Source: the human T2T-CHM13v2.0 reference genome, Homo sapiens
NCBI RefSeq assembly: GCF_009914755.1
Contig: NC_060927.1
Reading direction: 5' to 3' (one strand)
Length of the DNA stretch: 64,000 bases
Numbering within the stretch: position 1 is the stretch's first letter; each line of letters opens with the position of its first letter. Shown in pieces: positions 29,100-44,400 of this stretch. The translations under genes and the position numbers were made by a program. The notes under the pieces are model-generated. The model searched no databases. It was not told the DNA's origin and worked only from the letters and a program-made list of their open reading frames with translations.

Positions 29100-32000
29100 T
29101 AAAATATGAAAGTACATCAAATGTATATTTTATTCTGTACATAAAATATCAAAGTACACCAGATATATATTCTATAGTGTACATAAAATAACAAAGTACA
29201 CAAACTATAAATTATATCCTGTACATAAAATATGAAATTACATCAAATATATAGTAGGTACATAAAATATGAAAGAACATCAAATATAGATTATATACTG
29301 TACATAAAATATCAATGTACCCCAAATATATATTTTATACTCTACATGAAATATCAAAGTTCACAAACCATATATTATATACTGTACATAAAATATTAAA
29401 TACCCAAGGTATATATTCTATACTATACAAAAAATATCAAAGTACCCAAAGCATGTATTATATACTGTACATAAAATATGAAAGTACATCAAATATATAT
29501 TTTATTCTGTACATAAAATATCAAAGTACACTAGATATATATTCTATAGTGTACATAAAATATCAAAGTACCCAAACTATACATTATATACTGTACATAA
29601 AACATGAGATTACATCAAATATATATTATATTAGGTACATAAAATATGAAAGTACATCAAATATAGATTATATACTGTACATAAAATATCAAAGTACCCC
29701 GAAAATATATTATATACTCTACATGAAATATCAAAGTTCACAAACTATATATTATATACTGTACATAAAATATCAAAGTACCCAAGGTATATATTCTATA
29801 CTGTACAAAAAATATCAAAGTACCCAAAGCATGTATTATATACTGTATATAAAATAAGAAAGTACATTAAATATATATTTTATTCTGTACATAAAATATC
29901 AAAGTACACCAGATATATATTCTATAGTGTACATAAAATAACAAAGTACACAAACTATAAATTATATACTGTACATAAAATATGAAATTACATCAAATAT
30001 ATATTAGGTACATAAAATATGAAAGTACATCAAATATAGATTATATACTGAACATATAATATCAATGTACCCCAAATATATATTTGATACTCTACATGAA
30101 ATATCAAAGTTCAGAAACCATACATTATATACTGTACATAAAATATCAAAGTACCCAAAGTATATATTCTATACTGTACAAAAAATATCAAAGTACCCAA
30201 AGCATGTATTATATACTGTACATAATATATGAAAGTACATCAAATATATATTTTATTCTGTACATAAAATATCAAAGTATAGGAAATATATATTCTATAG
30301 TGTACATAAAATATCAAAGTACCCAAACTATACATTATATACTGTACATAAAATATGAAATTACATCAAATATATATTAGGTACATAAAATATGAAAGTA
30401 CATCAAATATAGATTATATACTGTACATAAAATATCAAAGTACCCCAAGTATATATTATATACTCTACATGAAATATCAAAGTTCACAAACTATATATTA
30501 TATACTGTACATAAAATATCAAAGTACCCAAGGTATATATTCTATACTGTACAAAAAATATCAAGGTACCCAAAGCATGTATTATATACTGTACATAAAA
30601 TATGAAAGTACATCAAATATATATTTTATTCTGTACATAAAATATCAAAGTACACCAGATATATATTCTATAGTGTACATAAAATAACAAAGTACCCAAA
30701 CTATACATTATATACTGTACATAAAATATGAAATTACATCAAATATATATTAGGTACATAAAATATGAAAGAACATCAAACATAGATTATATACTGTACA
30801 AAAAATATCAAAGTACCCCAAATATATATTATATACTCTACATGAAATATCAAATTTCACAAACTATATATTATATACTGTACATAAAATATCAAAGTAC
30901 CCAAGGTATATATTCTATACTGTACAAAAAATATCAAAGTACCCAAAGCATGTATTATATACTGTATATAAAATATGAAAGTACATCAAATATATATTTT
31001 ATTCTGTACATAAAATATCAAAGTACACCAGATATATATTCTATAGTGTACATAAAATAACAAAGTACACAAACTATAAATTATATACTGTACATAAAAT
31101 ATGAAATTACATCAAATATATATTAGGTACATAAAATATGAAAGTACATCAAATATAGATTATAAACTGTACATATAATATCAATGTACCCGAAATATAT
31201 ATTTTATACTCTACATGAATTATCAAAGTTCACAAACCATATATTATATACTGTGCATAAAATATCAAAGTACCCAAGGTATATATTCTATACTGTACAA
31301 AAAATATCAAAGTACCCAAAGCATGTATTATATACTGTACATAAAATATGAAATTACATCAAATATATATTTTATTCTGTACATAAAATACCAAAGTACA
31401 CCAGATATATATTCTATAGTGTACATAAAATATCAAAGTACCCAAACTATACATTATATACTGTACATAAAATGTGAAATTACATCAAATATATATTATA
31501 TTAGGTACATAAAATATGAAAGTACATCAAATATAGATTATATACTGTACATTAAATACCAATATACCCCAAATATATATTTTATACTGTACATGAAATA
31601 TCAAAGTTCACACACTATATATTATATACTGTACATAAAATATCAAAGTACCCAAGGTATATATTCTATACTGTACAAAAAACATCAAAGTACCCAAAGC
31701 ATGTATTATATACTGTACATAAAATATGAAAGTACATCAAATATATATTTTATTCTGTACATAAAATATCAAAGTACACCAGATATATATTCTATAGTGT
31801 ACATAAAATATCAAAGTACCCAAACTATACATTATATACTGTACATAAAATATGAAATTACATCAAATATATATTATATTAGGTACATAAAATAAGAAAG
31901 TACATCAAATATAGATTATATACTGTACATAAAATATCAAAGTACCCCAAATATATATTATATACTCTACATGAAATATCAAAGTTCACAAACTATATAT

Positions 32001-34750
32001 TATATACTGTACATAAAATATCAAAGTACCCAAGGTATATATTCTATACTGTACAAAAAATATCAAAGTATCCAAAGCATGTTTTATATACTGTATATAA
32101 AATATGAAAGTACATTAAAGATATATTTTATTCTGTACATAAAATATCAAAATACACCAGACATATATTCTATAGTGTACATAAAATAACAAAGTACACA
32201 AATTATAAATTATATACTGTACATAAAATATGAAATTACATCAAATATATATTAGGTACATAAAATATGAAAGTACATCAAATATAGATTATATACTGTA
32301 CATATAATATCAATGTACCCCAAATATATATTTTATACTCTACATGAAATATCAAAGTTCACAAACCATACATTATATACTGTACATAAAATATCAAAGT
32401 ACCCAAGTTATATATTCTATACTGTACAAAAGATATCAAAGTACCCAAAGCATGTATTATATACTGTATATAAAATATGAAAGTACATCAAATATATATT
32501 ATATACTGTACATAAAATATCAAAGTACACCAGATATATATTTTATAGTGTACATAAAATATCAAAGTACCCAAACTATACATTATATACTGTACATAAA
32601 ATATGAGATTACATCAAATATATATTATATTAGGTACATAAAATATGAAAGTACATCAGATATAGATTATATACTGTACATAAAATATCAAAGTACCCCA
32701 AATATATATTATATACTCTACATGAAATATCAAAGTTCACAAACTATATATTATATACTGTACATAAAATATCAAAGTACCCAAGGTATATATTCTATAC
32801 TGTACAAAAAATATCAAAATACCCAAAGCATGTATTATATACTGTATATAAAATATGAAAATACATTAAATATATATTTTATTCTGTACATAAAATATCA
32901 AAGTACACCAGATATATATTCTATAGTGTACATAAAATAACAAAGTACACAAACTATAAATTATATACTGTACGTAAAATATGAAATTACATCAAATATA
33001 TATTAGGTACATAAAATATGAAAGTACATCAAATATAGATTATATACTGTACATATAATATCAATGTACCCCAAATATATATTTTATACTCTACATGAAA
33101 TATCAAAGTTCACAAACCATACATTATATACTTTCCATAAAATATCAAAGTACCCATGGCATATATTCTATACTGTACAAAAGATATCAAAGTACCCAAA
33201 GCATGTATTATATACTGTACATAAAATATGAAAGTACATCAAATATATATTTTATTCTGTACATAAAATATCAAAGTACACCAGATAAATATTCTATAGT
33301 GTACATAAAATATCAAAGTACCCAAACTATATATTATATACTGTACATAAAATATGAAATTACATCAAATATGTATTATATTAGGTACATAAAATATGAA
33401 AGTACATCAAATATAGATTATATACCATACATAAAATATCAAAGTACCCCAAATATATATTATATACTATACATGAAATATCAAATATCACAAACTATAT
33501 ATTATATACTGTACATAAAATATCAAAGTACCCAATGTATATATTCTATAGTGTACAAAAAATATCAAAGTACCCAAAGCATGTATTATATACTGTACAT
33601 AAAATATAAAAGTACATCAAATATATATTTTATTCTGTACATAAAATATGAAAGTACACCAGATATATATTCTATAGTGTACATAAAATATCAAAGTACC
33701 CAAACTATACATTATATACTGTACATAAAATACGAAATTACATCAAATATATATTATATTAGGTACTTAAAATATGAAAGTACATCAAATATAGATTATA
33801 TACTGTACATAAAATATCAAAGTACCCCAAATATATATTATATACTCTACATGAAATATCAAAGTTCACAAACTATATATTATATACTGTACATAAAATA
33901 TCAAAGTACCCAAGGTATATATTCTATACTGTACAAAAAATATCAAAGTATCCAAAGCATGTTTTATATACTGTATATAAAATATGAAAGTACATTAAAG
34001 ATATATTTTATTCTGTACATAAAATATCAAAATACACCAGATATATATTCTATAGTGTACATAAAATAACAAAGTACACAAACTATAAATTATATACTGT
34101 ACATAAAATATGAAATTACATCAAATATATATTAGGTACATAAAATATGAAAGTACATCAAAGATAGATTATATACTGTACATATAATATCAATGTACCC
34201 CAAATATATATTTTATACTCTACATGAAATATCAAAGTTCACAAACCATACATTATATACTGTACATAAAATATCAAAGTACCCAAGTTATATATTCTAT
34301 ACTGTACAAAAGATATCAAAGTACCCAAAGCATGTATTATATACTGTATATAAAATATAAAAGTACATCAAATATATATTATATACTGTACATAAAATAT
34401 CAAAGTACACCAGATATATATTTTATAGTGTACATAAAATATCAAAGTACCCAAACTATACATTATATACTGTACATAAAATATGAGATTACATCAAATA
34501 TATATTATATTAGGTACATAAAATATGAAAGTACATCAGATATAGATTATATACTGTACATAAAATATCAAAGTACCCCAAATATATATTATATACTCTA
34601 CATGAAATATCAAAGTTCACAAACTATATATTATATACTGTACATAAAATATCAAAGTACCCAGGGTATATATTCTATACTGTACAAAAAATATCAAAAT
34701 ACCCAAAGCATGTATTATATACTGTATATAAAATATGAAAGTACATCAAA
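29100..34750 (+). repeat. More divergent HSat1A sub-domain with an internal 1880-bp duplication
   Basis: Many variants are not seen elsewhere in the window (ACACTAGAT, AAACATGAGAT, GTATAGGAAAT, TTCAGAAACC, ACATTAAAGAT, ACATCAGAT). Units 31971/32344 recur at 33851/34224. Confidence 0.75.
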
Positions 34751-37700
34751 TATATGTTTTATTCTGTACATAAAATATCAAAGTACACCAGATATATATT
34801 CTATAGTGTACATAAAATATCAAAGTACCCAAACTATACATTATATACTGTACATAAAATATGAAATTACAGCAAATATATATTATATTAGGTACATAAA
34901 ATATGAAAGTACATCAAATATAGATTATATACTGTACATTAAATACCAAAGTACCCCAAATATATATTTTATACTGTACATGAAATATCAAAGTTCACAA
35001 ACTATATATTATATACTGTACATAAAATATCAATGTACCCAAGATATATATTCTATACTGCACAAAAAATATCAAAGTACCCAAAGCATGTATTATATAC
35101 TGTATATAAAATATGAAAGTACATCAAATATATATTTTATTCTGTACATAAAATATCAAAGTACACCAGATATATATTCTATAGTGTACATAAAATATCA
35201 AAGTACCCAAACTATACATTATATACTGTACATAAAATATGAAATTACATCAAATATATATTATATTAGGTACATAAAATACGAAAGTACATCAAATATA
35301 GATTATATACTGTACATAAAATATCAAAGTACCCCAATATATATTATATACTGTACATGAAATATCAAAGTTCACAAACTATATATTATGTACTGTACAT
35401 AAAATATCAAAGTACCCAAGGTATATATTCTATACTGTACAAAAAATATCAAAGTACCCAAAGCATGTATTATATAATGTACATAAAATATGAAAGTACA
35501 TCAAATATATATTTTATTCTGTACATAAAATATCAAAGAACACCAGATATATATTCTATAGTGTACATAAAATATCAAAGTACCCAAACTATACATTATA
35601 TACTGTACATAAAATATGAAATTACATCATATATATATTAGGTACATAAAATATGAAAGTACATCAAATATATATTTTATTCTGTACATAAAATATCAAA
35701 GTACACCAGATATATATTCTATAGTGTACATAAAATAACAAAGTACACAAACTATAAATTATATACTGTACATAAAATATGAAATTACATCAAATATATA
35801 TTAGGTACATAAAATATGAAAGTACATCAAATATAGATTTTATACTGTACATATAATATCAATGTACCCGAAATATATATTTTATACTCTACATGAAATA
35901 TCAAAGTTCACAAACCATATATTGTATACTGCACATAAAATATCAAAATACCCAAGGTATATATTCTATACTGTACAAAAAATATCAAAGTACCCAAAGC
36001 AGGTATTATATACTGTACATAAAATATGAAAGTACATCAAATATATATTTTATTCTGTACATAAAATATCAAACTACACCAGATATATATTCTATAGTGT
36101 ACATAAAATATCAAAGTACCCAAACTATACATTATATACTGTACATAAAATATGAAATTACATCAAATATATATTATATTAGGTACATAAAATACGAAAG
36201 TACATGAAATATAGATTATATACTGTACATAAAATATCAAAGTACCCCAATATATATTATATACTGTACATGAAATATCAAAGTTCACAAACTATATATT
36301 ATATACTGTACATAAAATATCAAAGTACCCAAGGTATATATTCTATAGTGTACAAAAAATATCAAAGTACCCAAAGCATGTATTATATACCGTACATAAA
36401 ATATAAAATTACATCAAATATATATTTTATTCTGCACATAAAATATCAAAGTACACCAGATATATATACTATAGTGTACATAAAATATCAAAGTACCCAA
36501 ACTATACATTATACACTGTACATAAAATATGAAATTACATCAAATATATATTAGGTACATAAAATATGAAAGTACATCAAATATAGATTATATACTGTAA
36601 ATATAATATCAATGTACCCCAAATATATATTTTATACTCTACATGAAATATCAAAGTTCACAAACCATATATTATATACTGTACATAAAATATCAAAGTA
36701 CCCAAGGTATATATTCTATACTGTACAAAAAATATCAAAGTACCCAAAGCAGGTATTATATACTGTACATAAAATATGAAAGTACATCAAATATATATTT
36801 TATTCTGTACATAAAATATCAGAGTACACCAGATATATATTCTATAGTGTACATAAAATAACAAAGTACACAAACTATACATTATATACTGTACATAAAA
36901 TATGAAATTACATCAAATATATATTAGGTATATAAAATATGAAAGTACATCAAATATAGATTATATACTGTACATATAATATCAATGTACCCCAAATATA
37001 TATTATATACTCTACATGAAATATCAAAGTTCACAAACTATATATTATATACTGTACATAAAATATCAAACTACCCAAGGTATATATTCTATACTGTACA
37101 AAAAATATCAAAGTATCCAAAGCATGTGTTATATACTGTATATAAAATATGAAAGTACATCAAATATATATTTTATTCTGTACATAAAATATCAAAGTAC
37201 ACCAGATATATATTCTATAGTGTACATAAAATATCAAAGTACCCAAACTATACATTATATACTGTACATAAAATATGAAATTACAGCAAATATATATTAT
37301 ATTAGGTACATAAAATATGAAAGTACATCAAATATAGATTATATACTGTACATTAAATACCAAAGTACCCCAAATATTTATTTTATACTGTACATGAAAT
37401 ATCAAAGTTCACAAACTATATATTATATACTGTACATAAAATATCAATGTACCCAAGGTATATATTCTATACTGCACAAAAAATATCAAAGTACCCAAAG
37501 CATGTATTATATACTGTATATAAAATATGAAAGTACATCAAATATATATTTTATTCTGTACATAAAATATCAAAGTACACCAGATATATATTCTATAGTG
37601 TACATAAAATATCAAAGTACCCAAACTATACATTATATACTGTACATAAAATATGAAATTACAGCAAATATATATTATATTAGGTACATAAAATACGAAA

Positions 37701-40700
37701 GTACATCAAATATAGATTATATACTGTACATAAAATATGAAAGTACCCCAATATATATTATATACTCTACATGAAATATCAAAGTTCACAAACTATATAT
37801 TATGTACTGTACATAAAATATCAAACTACCCAAGGTATATATTCTATACTGTACAAAAAATATCAAAGTACCCAAAGCATGTATTATATAATGTACATAA
37901 AATATGAAAGTACATCAAATATATATTTTATTCTGTACATAAAATATCAAAGAACACCAGATATATATTCTATAGTGTACATAAAATATCAAAGTACCCA
38001 AATTATACATTATATACTGTACATAAAATATGAAATTACATCATATATATATTAGGTACATAAAATATGAAAGTACATCAAATATATATTTTATTCTGTA
38101 CATAAAATATCAAAGTACACCAGATATATATTCTATAGTGTACATAAAATAACAAAGTACACAAACTATAAAATATATGCTGTACATAAAATATGAAATT
38201 ACATCAAATATATATTAGGTACATAAAATATGAAAGTACATCAAATATAGATTATATACTGTACATATAATATCAATGTACCCGAAATATATATTTTATA
38301 CTCTACATGAAATATCAAAGTTCACAAACCATATATTGTGTACTGCACATAAAATATCAAAATACACAAGGTATATATTCTATACTGTACAAAAAATATC
38401 AAAGTACCCAAAGCAGGTATTATATACTGTATATAAAATATGAAAGTACATCAAATATATATTTTATTCTGTACATAAAATATCAAAGTACACCAGATAT
38501 ATATTCTATAGTGTACATAAAATATCAAGGTACCCAAACTATATATTATATACTGTACATAAAATATGAAATTACAGCAAATATATATTATATTAGGTAC
38601 ATAAAATATGAAAGTACATCAAATATAGATTATATACTGTACATTAAATACCAAAGTACCCCAAATATATATTTTATACTGTACATGAAATATCAAAGTT
38701 CACAAACTATATATTATATACTGTACATAAAATATCAATGTACCCAAGGTATATATTCTATACTGCACAAAAAATATCAAAGTACCCAAAGCATGTATTA
38801 TATACTGTATATAAAATATGAAAGTACATCAAATATATATTTTATTCTGTACATAAAATATCAAAGTACACCAGATATATATTCTATAGTGTACATAAAA
38901 TATCAAAGTACCCAAACTATACATTATATACTGTACATAAGTATGAAATTACATCAAATATATATTATATTAGGTACATAAAATATGAAAGTACATGAAG
39001 TATAGATTATATACTGTAGATAAAATATCAAAGTACCCCAAATTTATATTATATACTATACATGAAATATCAAAGTTCACAAACTATATATTATATACTG
39101 TACATAAAATATCAAAGTACCCAAGGTATATATTCTATAGTGTACAAAAAATATCAAAGTACCCAAAGCATGTATTATATACCGTACATAAAATATAAAA
39201 TTACATCAAATATATATTTTATTCTGTACATAAAATATCAAAGTACACCAGATATATATACTATAGTGTACATAAAATATCAAAGTACCCAAACTATACA
39301 TTATACACTGTACATAAAATATGAAATTACATCAAATATATATTAGGTACATAAAATATGAAAGTACATCAAATATAGATTATATACTGTAAATATAATA
39401 TCAATGTACCCCAAATATATATTTTATACTCTACATGAAATATCAAAGTTCACAAACCATATATTATATACTGTACATAAAATATCAAAGTACCCAAGGT
39501 ATATATTCTATACTGTGCAAAAAATATCAAAGTACCCAAAGCATGTATTATATACTGTATATAAAATATGAAAGTACATCAAATATATATTTTATTCTGT
39601 ACATAAAATGTCAAAGTACACCAGATATATATTCTATAGTGTACATAAAATATCAAAGTACCCAAACTATACATTATATACTGTACATAAAATATGAAAT
39701 TACATCAAATATATATTATATTAGGTAAATGAAATATGAAAGTACATCAAATATAGATTATATACTGTACATAAAATATGAAAGTACCCCAAATATATAT
39801 TATATACTCTACATGAAATATCAAAGTTCACAAACTATATATTATATACTGTCCATAAAATATCAAAGTACCCAAGGTATATATTTTATACTGTACAAAA
39901 AATATCAAAGTACCCAAAGCATGTATTATATACTATACCTAAAATATGAAAGTACATCAAATATATATTTTATTCTGTACATAAAATATCAAAGTACACC
40001 AGATATATATTCTACAGTGTATATAAAATATCAAAGTACCCAAACTATACATTATATACTGTACATAAAATATGAAATTACATCAAATATATATTATATT
40101 AGGTACATAAAATATGAAAGTACATGAAGTATAGATTATATACTGTACATAAAATATCAAAGTACCCCAAATTTATATTATATACTATACATGAAATATC
40201 AAAGTTCACAAACTATATATTATATACTGTACATAAAATATCAAAGTACCCAAGGTATATATTCTATAGTGTACAAAAAATATCAAAGTACCCAAAGCAT
40301 GTATTATATACCGTACGTAAAATATAAAATTACATCAAATATATATTTTATTCTGTACATAAAATATCAAAGTACACAGATATATATACTATAGTGTACA
40401 TAAAATATCAAAGTACCCAAACTATACATTATACACTGCACATAAAATATGAAATTACATCAAATATATATTAGGTACATAAAATATGAAAGTACATCAA
40501 ATATAGATTATATACTGTAAATATAATATCAATGTACCCCAAATATATATTTTATACTCTACATGAAATATCAAAGTTCACAAACCATATGTTATATACT
40601 GTACATAAAATATCAAAGTACCCAAGGTATATATTCTATACTGTACAAAAAATATCAAAGTACCCAAAGCATGTATTATATACTGTACATAAAATATGAA

Positions 40701-41444
40701 AGTACATCAAATATATATTTTATTCTGTACATAAAATATCAAAGTACACCAGATATATATTCTACAGTGTACATAAAATATCAAAGTAACCAAACTATAC
40801 ATTATATACTGTACATAAAATATGAAATTACATCAAATATATATTATATTAAGTACATAAAATACGAAAGTACATCAAATATAGATTATATACTGTACAT
40901 AAAATATCAAAGTACCCCAATATATATTATATACTGTACATGAAATATCAAAGTTCACAAACTATATATTATGTACTGTACATAAAATATCAAAGTACCC
41001 AAGGTATATATTCTATACTGTACAAAAAATATCAAAGTACCCAAAGCATGTATTATATAATGTACATAAAATATGAAAGTACATCAAATATATATTTTAT
41101 TCTGTACATAAAATATCAAAGTACACCAGATATATATTCTATAGCGTACATAAAATATCAAAGTACACAAACTATACATTATATACTGTACATAAAATAT
41201 GAAATTACATCAAATATATATTATATTAGGTAAATGAAATATGAAAGTACATCAAATATAGATTATATACTGTACATAAAATATGAAAGTACCCCAAATA
41301 CATATTATATACTCTACATGAAATATCAAAGTTCACAAACTATATATTATATACTGTACATAAAATATCAAAGTACCCAAGGTATATATTCTATACTGTA
41401 CAAAAAATATCAAAGTATCCAAAGCATGTATTATATACTGTATA

Positions 41445-44400
41445 TAAAATATGAAAGTACATCAAATATATATTTTATTCTGTACATAAAATATCAAAGT
41501 ACACCAGATATATATTCTATAGCGTACATAAAATATCAAAGTACACAAACTATACATTATATACTGTACATAAAATATGAAATTACATCAAATATATATT
41601 ATATTAGGTACATAAAATATGAAAGTACATCAAATATAGACTATATACTGTAAATATAATATCAATGTACCCCAAATATATATTTTATACTCTACATGAA
41701 ATATCAAAGTTCACAAACCATATATTATATACTGTACATAAAATATCAAAGTACCCAAGGTATATATTCTATACTGTACAAAAAATATCAAAGTACCCAA
41801 AGCATGTATTATATACTGTACATAAAATATGAAAGTACATCAAATATATATTTTATTCTGTACATAAAATATCAAAGTACACCAGATATATATTCTATAG
41901 TGTACATAAAATATCAAAGTACCCAAACTATACATTATATACTGTACATAAAATATGAAATTACATCAAATATATATTATATTAGGTAAATGAAATATGA
42001 AAGTACATCAAATATAGATTATATACTGTACATAAAATATGAAAGTACCCCAAATATATATTATATACTCTACATGAAATATCAAAGTTCACAAACTATA
42101 TATTATATACTGTACATAAAATATCAAAGTACCCAAGGTATATATTCTATACTGTACAAAAAATATCAAAGTATCCAAAGCATGTATTATATACTGTATA
42201 TAAAATATGAAAGTACATCAAATATATATTTTATTCTGTACATAAAATATCAAAGTACACCAGATATATATTCTATAGTGTACATAAAATATCAAAGTAC
42301 CCAAACTATACATTATATACTGTACATAAAATATGAAATTACAGCAAATATATATTATATTAGGTACATAAAATATGAAAGTACATCAAATATAGATTAT
42401 ATACTCTACATTAAATACCAAAGTACCCCAAATATATATTTTATACTGTACATGAAATATCAAAGTTCACAAACTATATATTATATACTGTACATAAAAT
42501 ATCAATGTACCCAAGGTATATATTCTATACTGCACAAAAAATATCAAAGTACCCAAAGCATGTATTATATACTGTATATAAAATATGAAAGTACATCAAA
42601 TATATATTTTATTCTGTACATAAAATATCAAAGTACACCAGATATATATTCTATAGTGTACATAAAATATCAAAGTACCCAAACTATACATTATATACTG
42701 TACATAAAATATGAAATTACATCAAATATATATTATATTAGGTACATAAAATACGAAAGTACATCAAATATAGATTATATACTGTACATAAAATATGAAA
42801 GTACCCCAATATATATTATATACTCTACATGAAATATCAAAGTTCACAAACTATATATTATGTACTGTACATAAAATATCAAACTACCCAAGGTATATAT
42901 TCTATACTGTACAAAAAATATCAAAGTACCCAAAGCATGTATTATATAATGTACATAAAATATGAAAGTACATCAAATATATATTTTATTCTGTACATAA
43001 AATATCAAAGAACACCAGATATATATTCTATAGTGTACATAAAATATCAAAGTACCCAAACTATACATTATATACTGTACATAAAATATGAAATTACAGC
43101 AAATATATATTATATTAGGTACATAAAATATGAAAGTACATCAAATATAGATTATATACTGTACATTAAATACCAAAGTACCCCAAATATATATTTTATA
43201 CTGTACATGAAATATCAAAGTTCACAAACTATATATTATATACTGTACATAATATATCAATGTACCCAAGGTATATATTCTATACTGCACAAAAAATATC
43301 AAAGTACCCAAAGCATGTATTATATACTGTATATAAAATATGAAAGTACATCAAATATATATTTTATTCTGTACATAAAATATCAAAGTACACCAGATAT
43401 ATATTCTATAGTGTACATAAAATAACAAAGTACACAAACTATAAATTATATCCTGTACATAAAATATGAAATTACATCAAATATATATTAGGTACATAAA
43501 ATATGAAAGTACATCAAATATAGATTATATACTGTACATTAAGTACCAAAGTACACCAAATATATATTTTATTCTGTACATAAAATATCAAAGTACACCA
43601 GATATATATTCTATAGTGTACATAAAATATCAAAGTACCCAAACTATACATTATATACTGTACATAAAATATGAAATTACATCAAATATATATTATATTA
43701 GGTAAATGAAATATGAAAGTACATCAAATATAGATTATATACTGTACATAAAATATGAAAGTACCCCAAATATATATTATATACTCTACATGAAATATCA
43801 AAGTTCACAAACTATATATTATATACTGTACATAAAATATCAAAGTACCCAAGGTATATATTCTATACTGTACAAAAAATATCAAAGTATCCAAAGCATG
43901 TATTATATACTGTATATAAAATATGAAAGTACATCAAATATATATTTTATTCTGTACATAAAATATCAAAGTACACCAGATATATATTCTATAGTGTACA
44001 TAAAATAACAAAGTACACAAACTATAAATTATATAGTGTACATAAAATATGAAATTACATCAAATATATATTAGGTACATAAAATATGAAAGTACATCAA
44101 ATATAGATTATATACTGTACATATAATATCAATGTACCCGAAATATATATTTTATACTCTACATGAAATATCAAAGTTCACAAACCATATATTGTATACT
44201 GCACATAAAATATCAAAATACCCAAGGTATATATTCTATACTGTACAAAAAATATCAAAGTACCCAAAGCAGGTATTATATACTGTACATAAAATATGAA
44301 AGTACATCAAATATATATTTTATTCTGTACATAAAATATCAAAGTACACCAGATATATATTCTATAGCGTACATAAAATATCAAAGTACACAAACTATAC

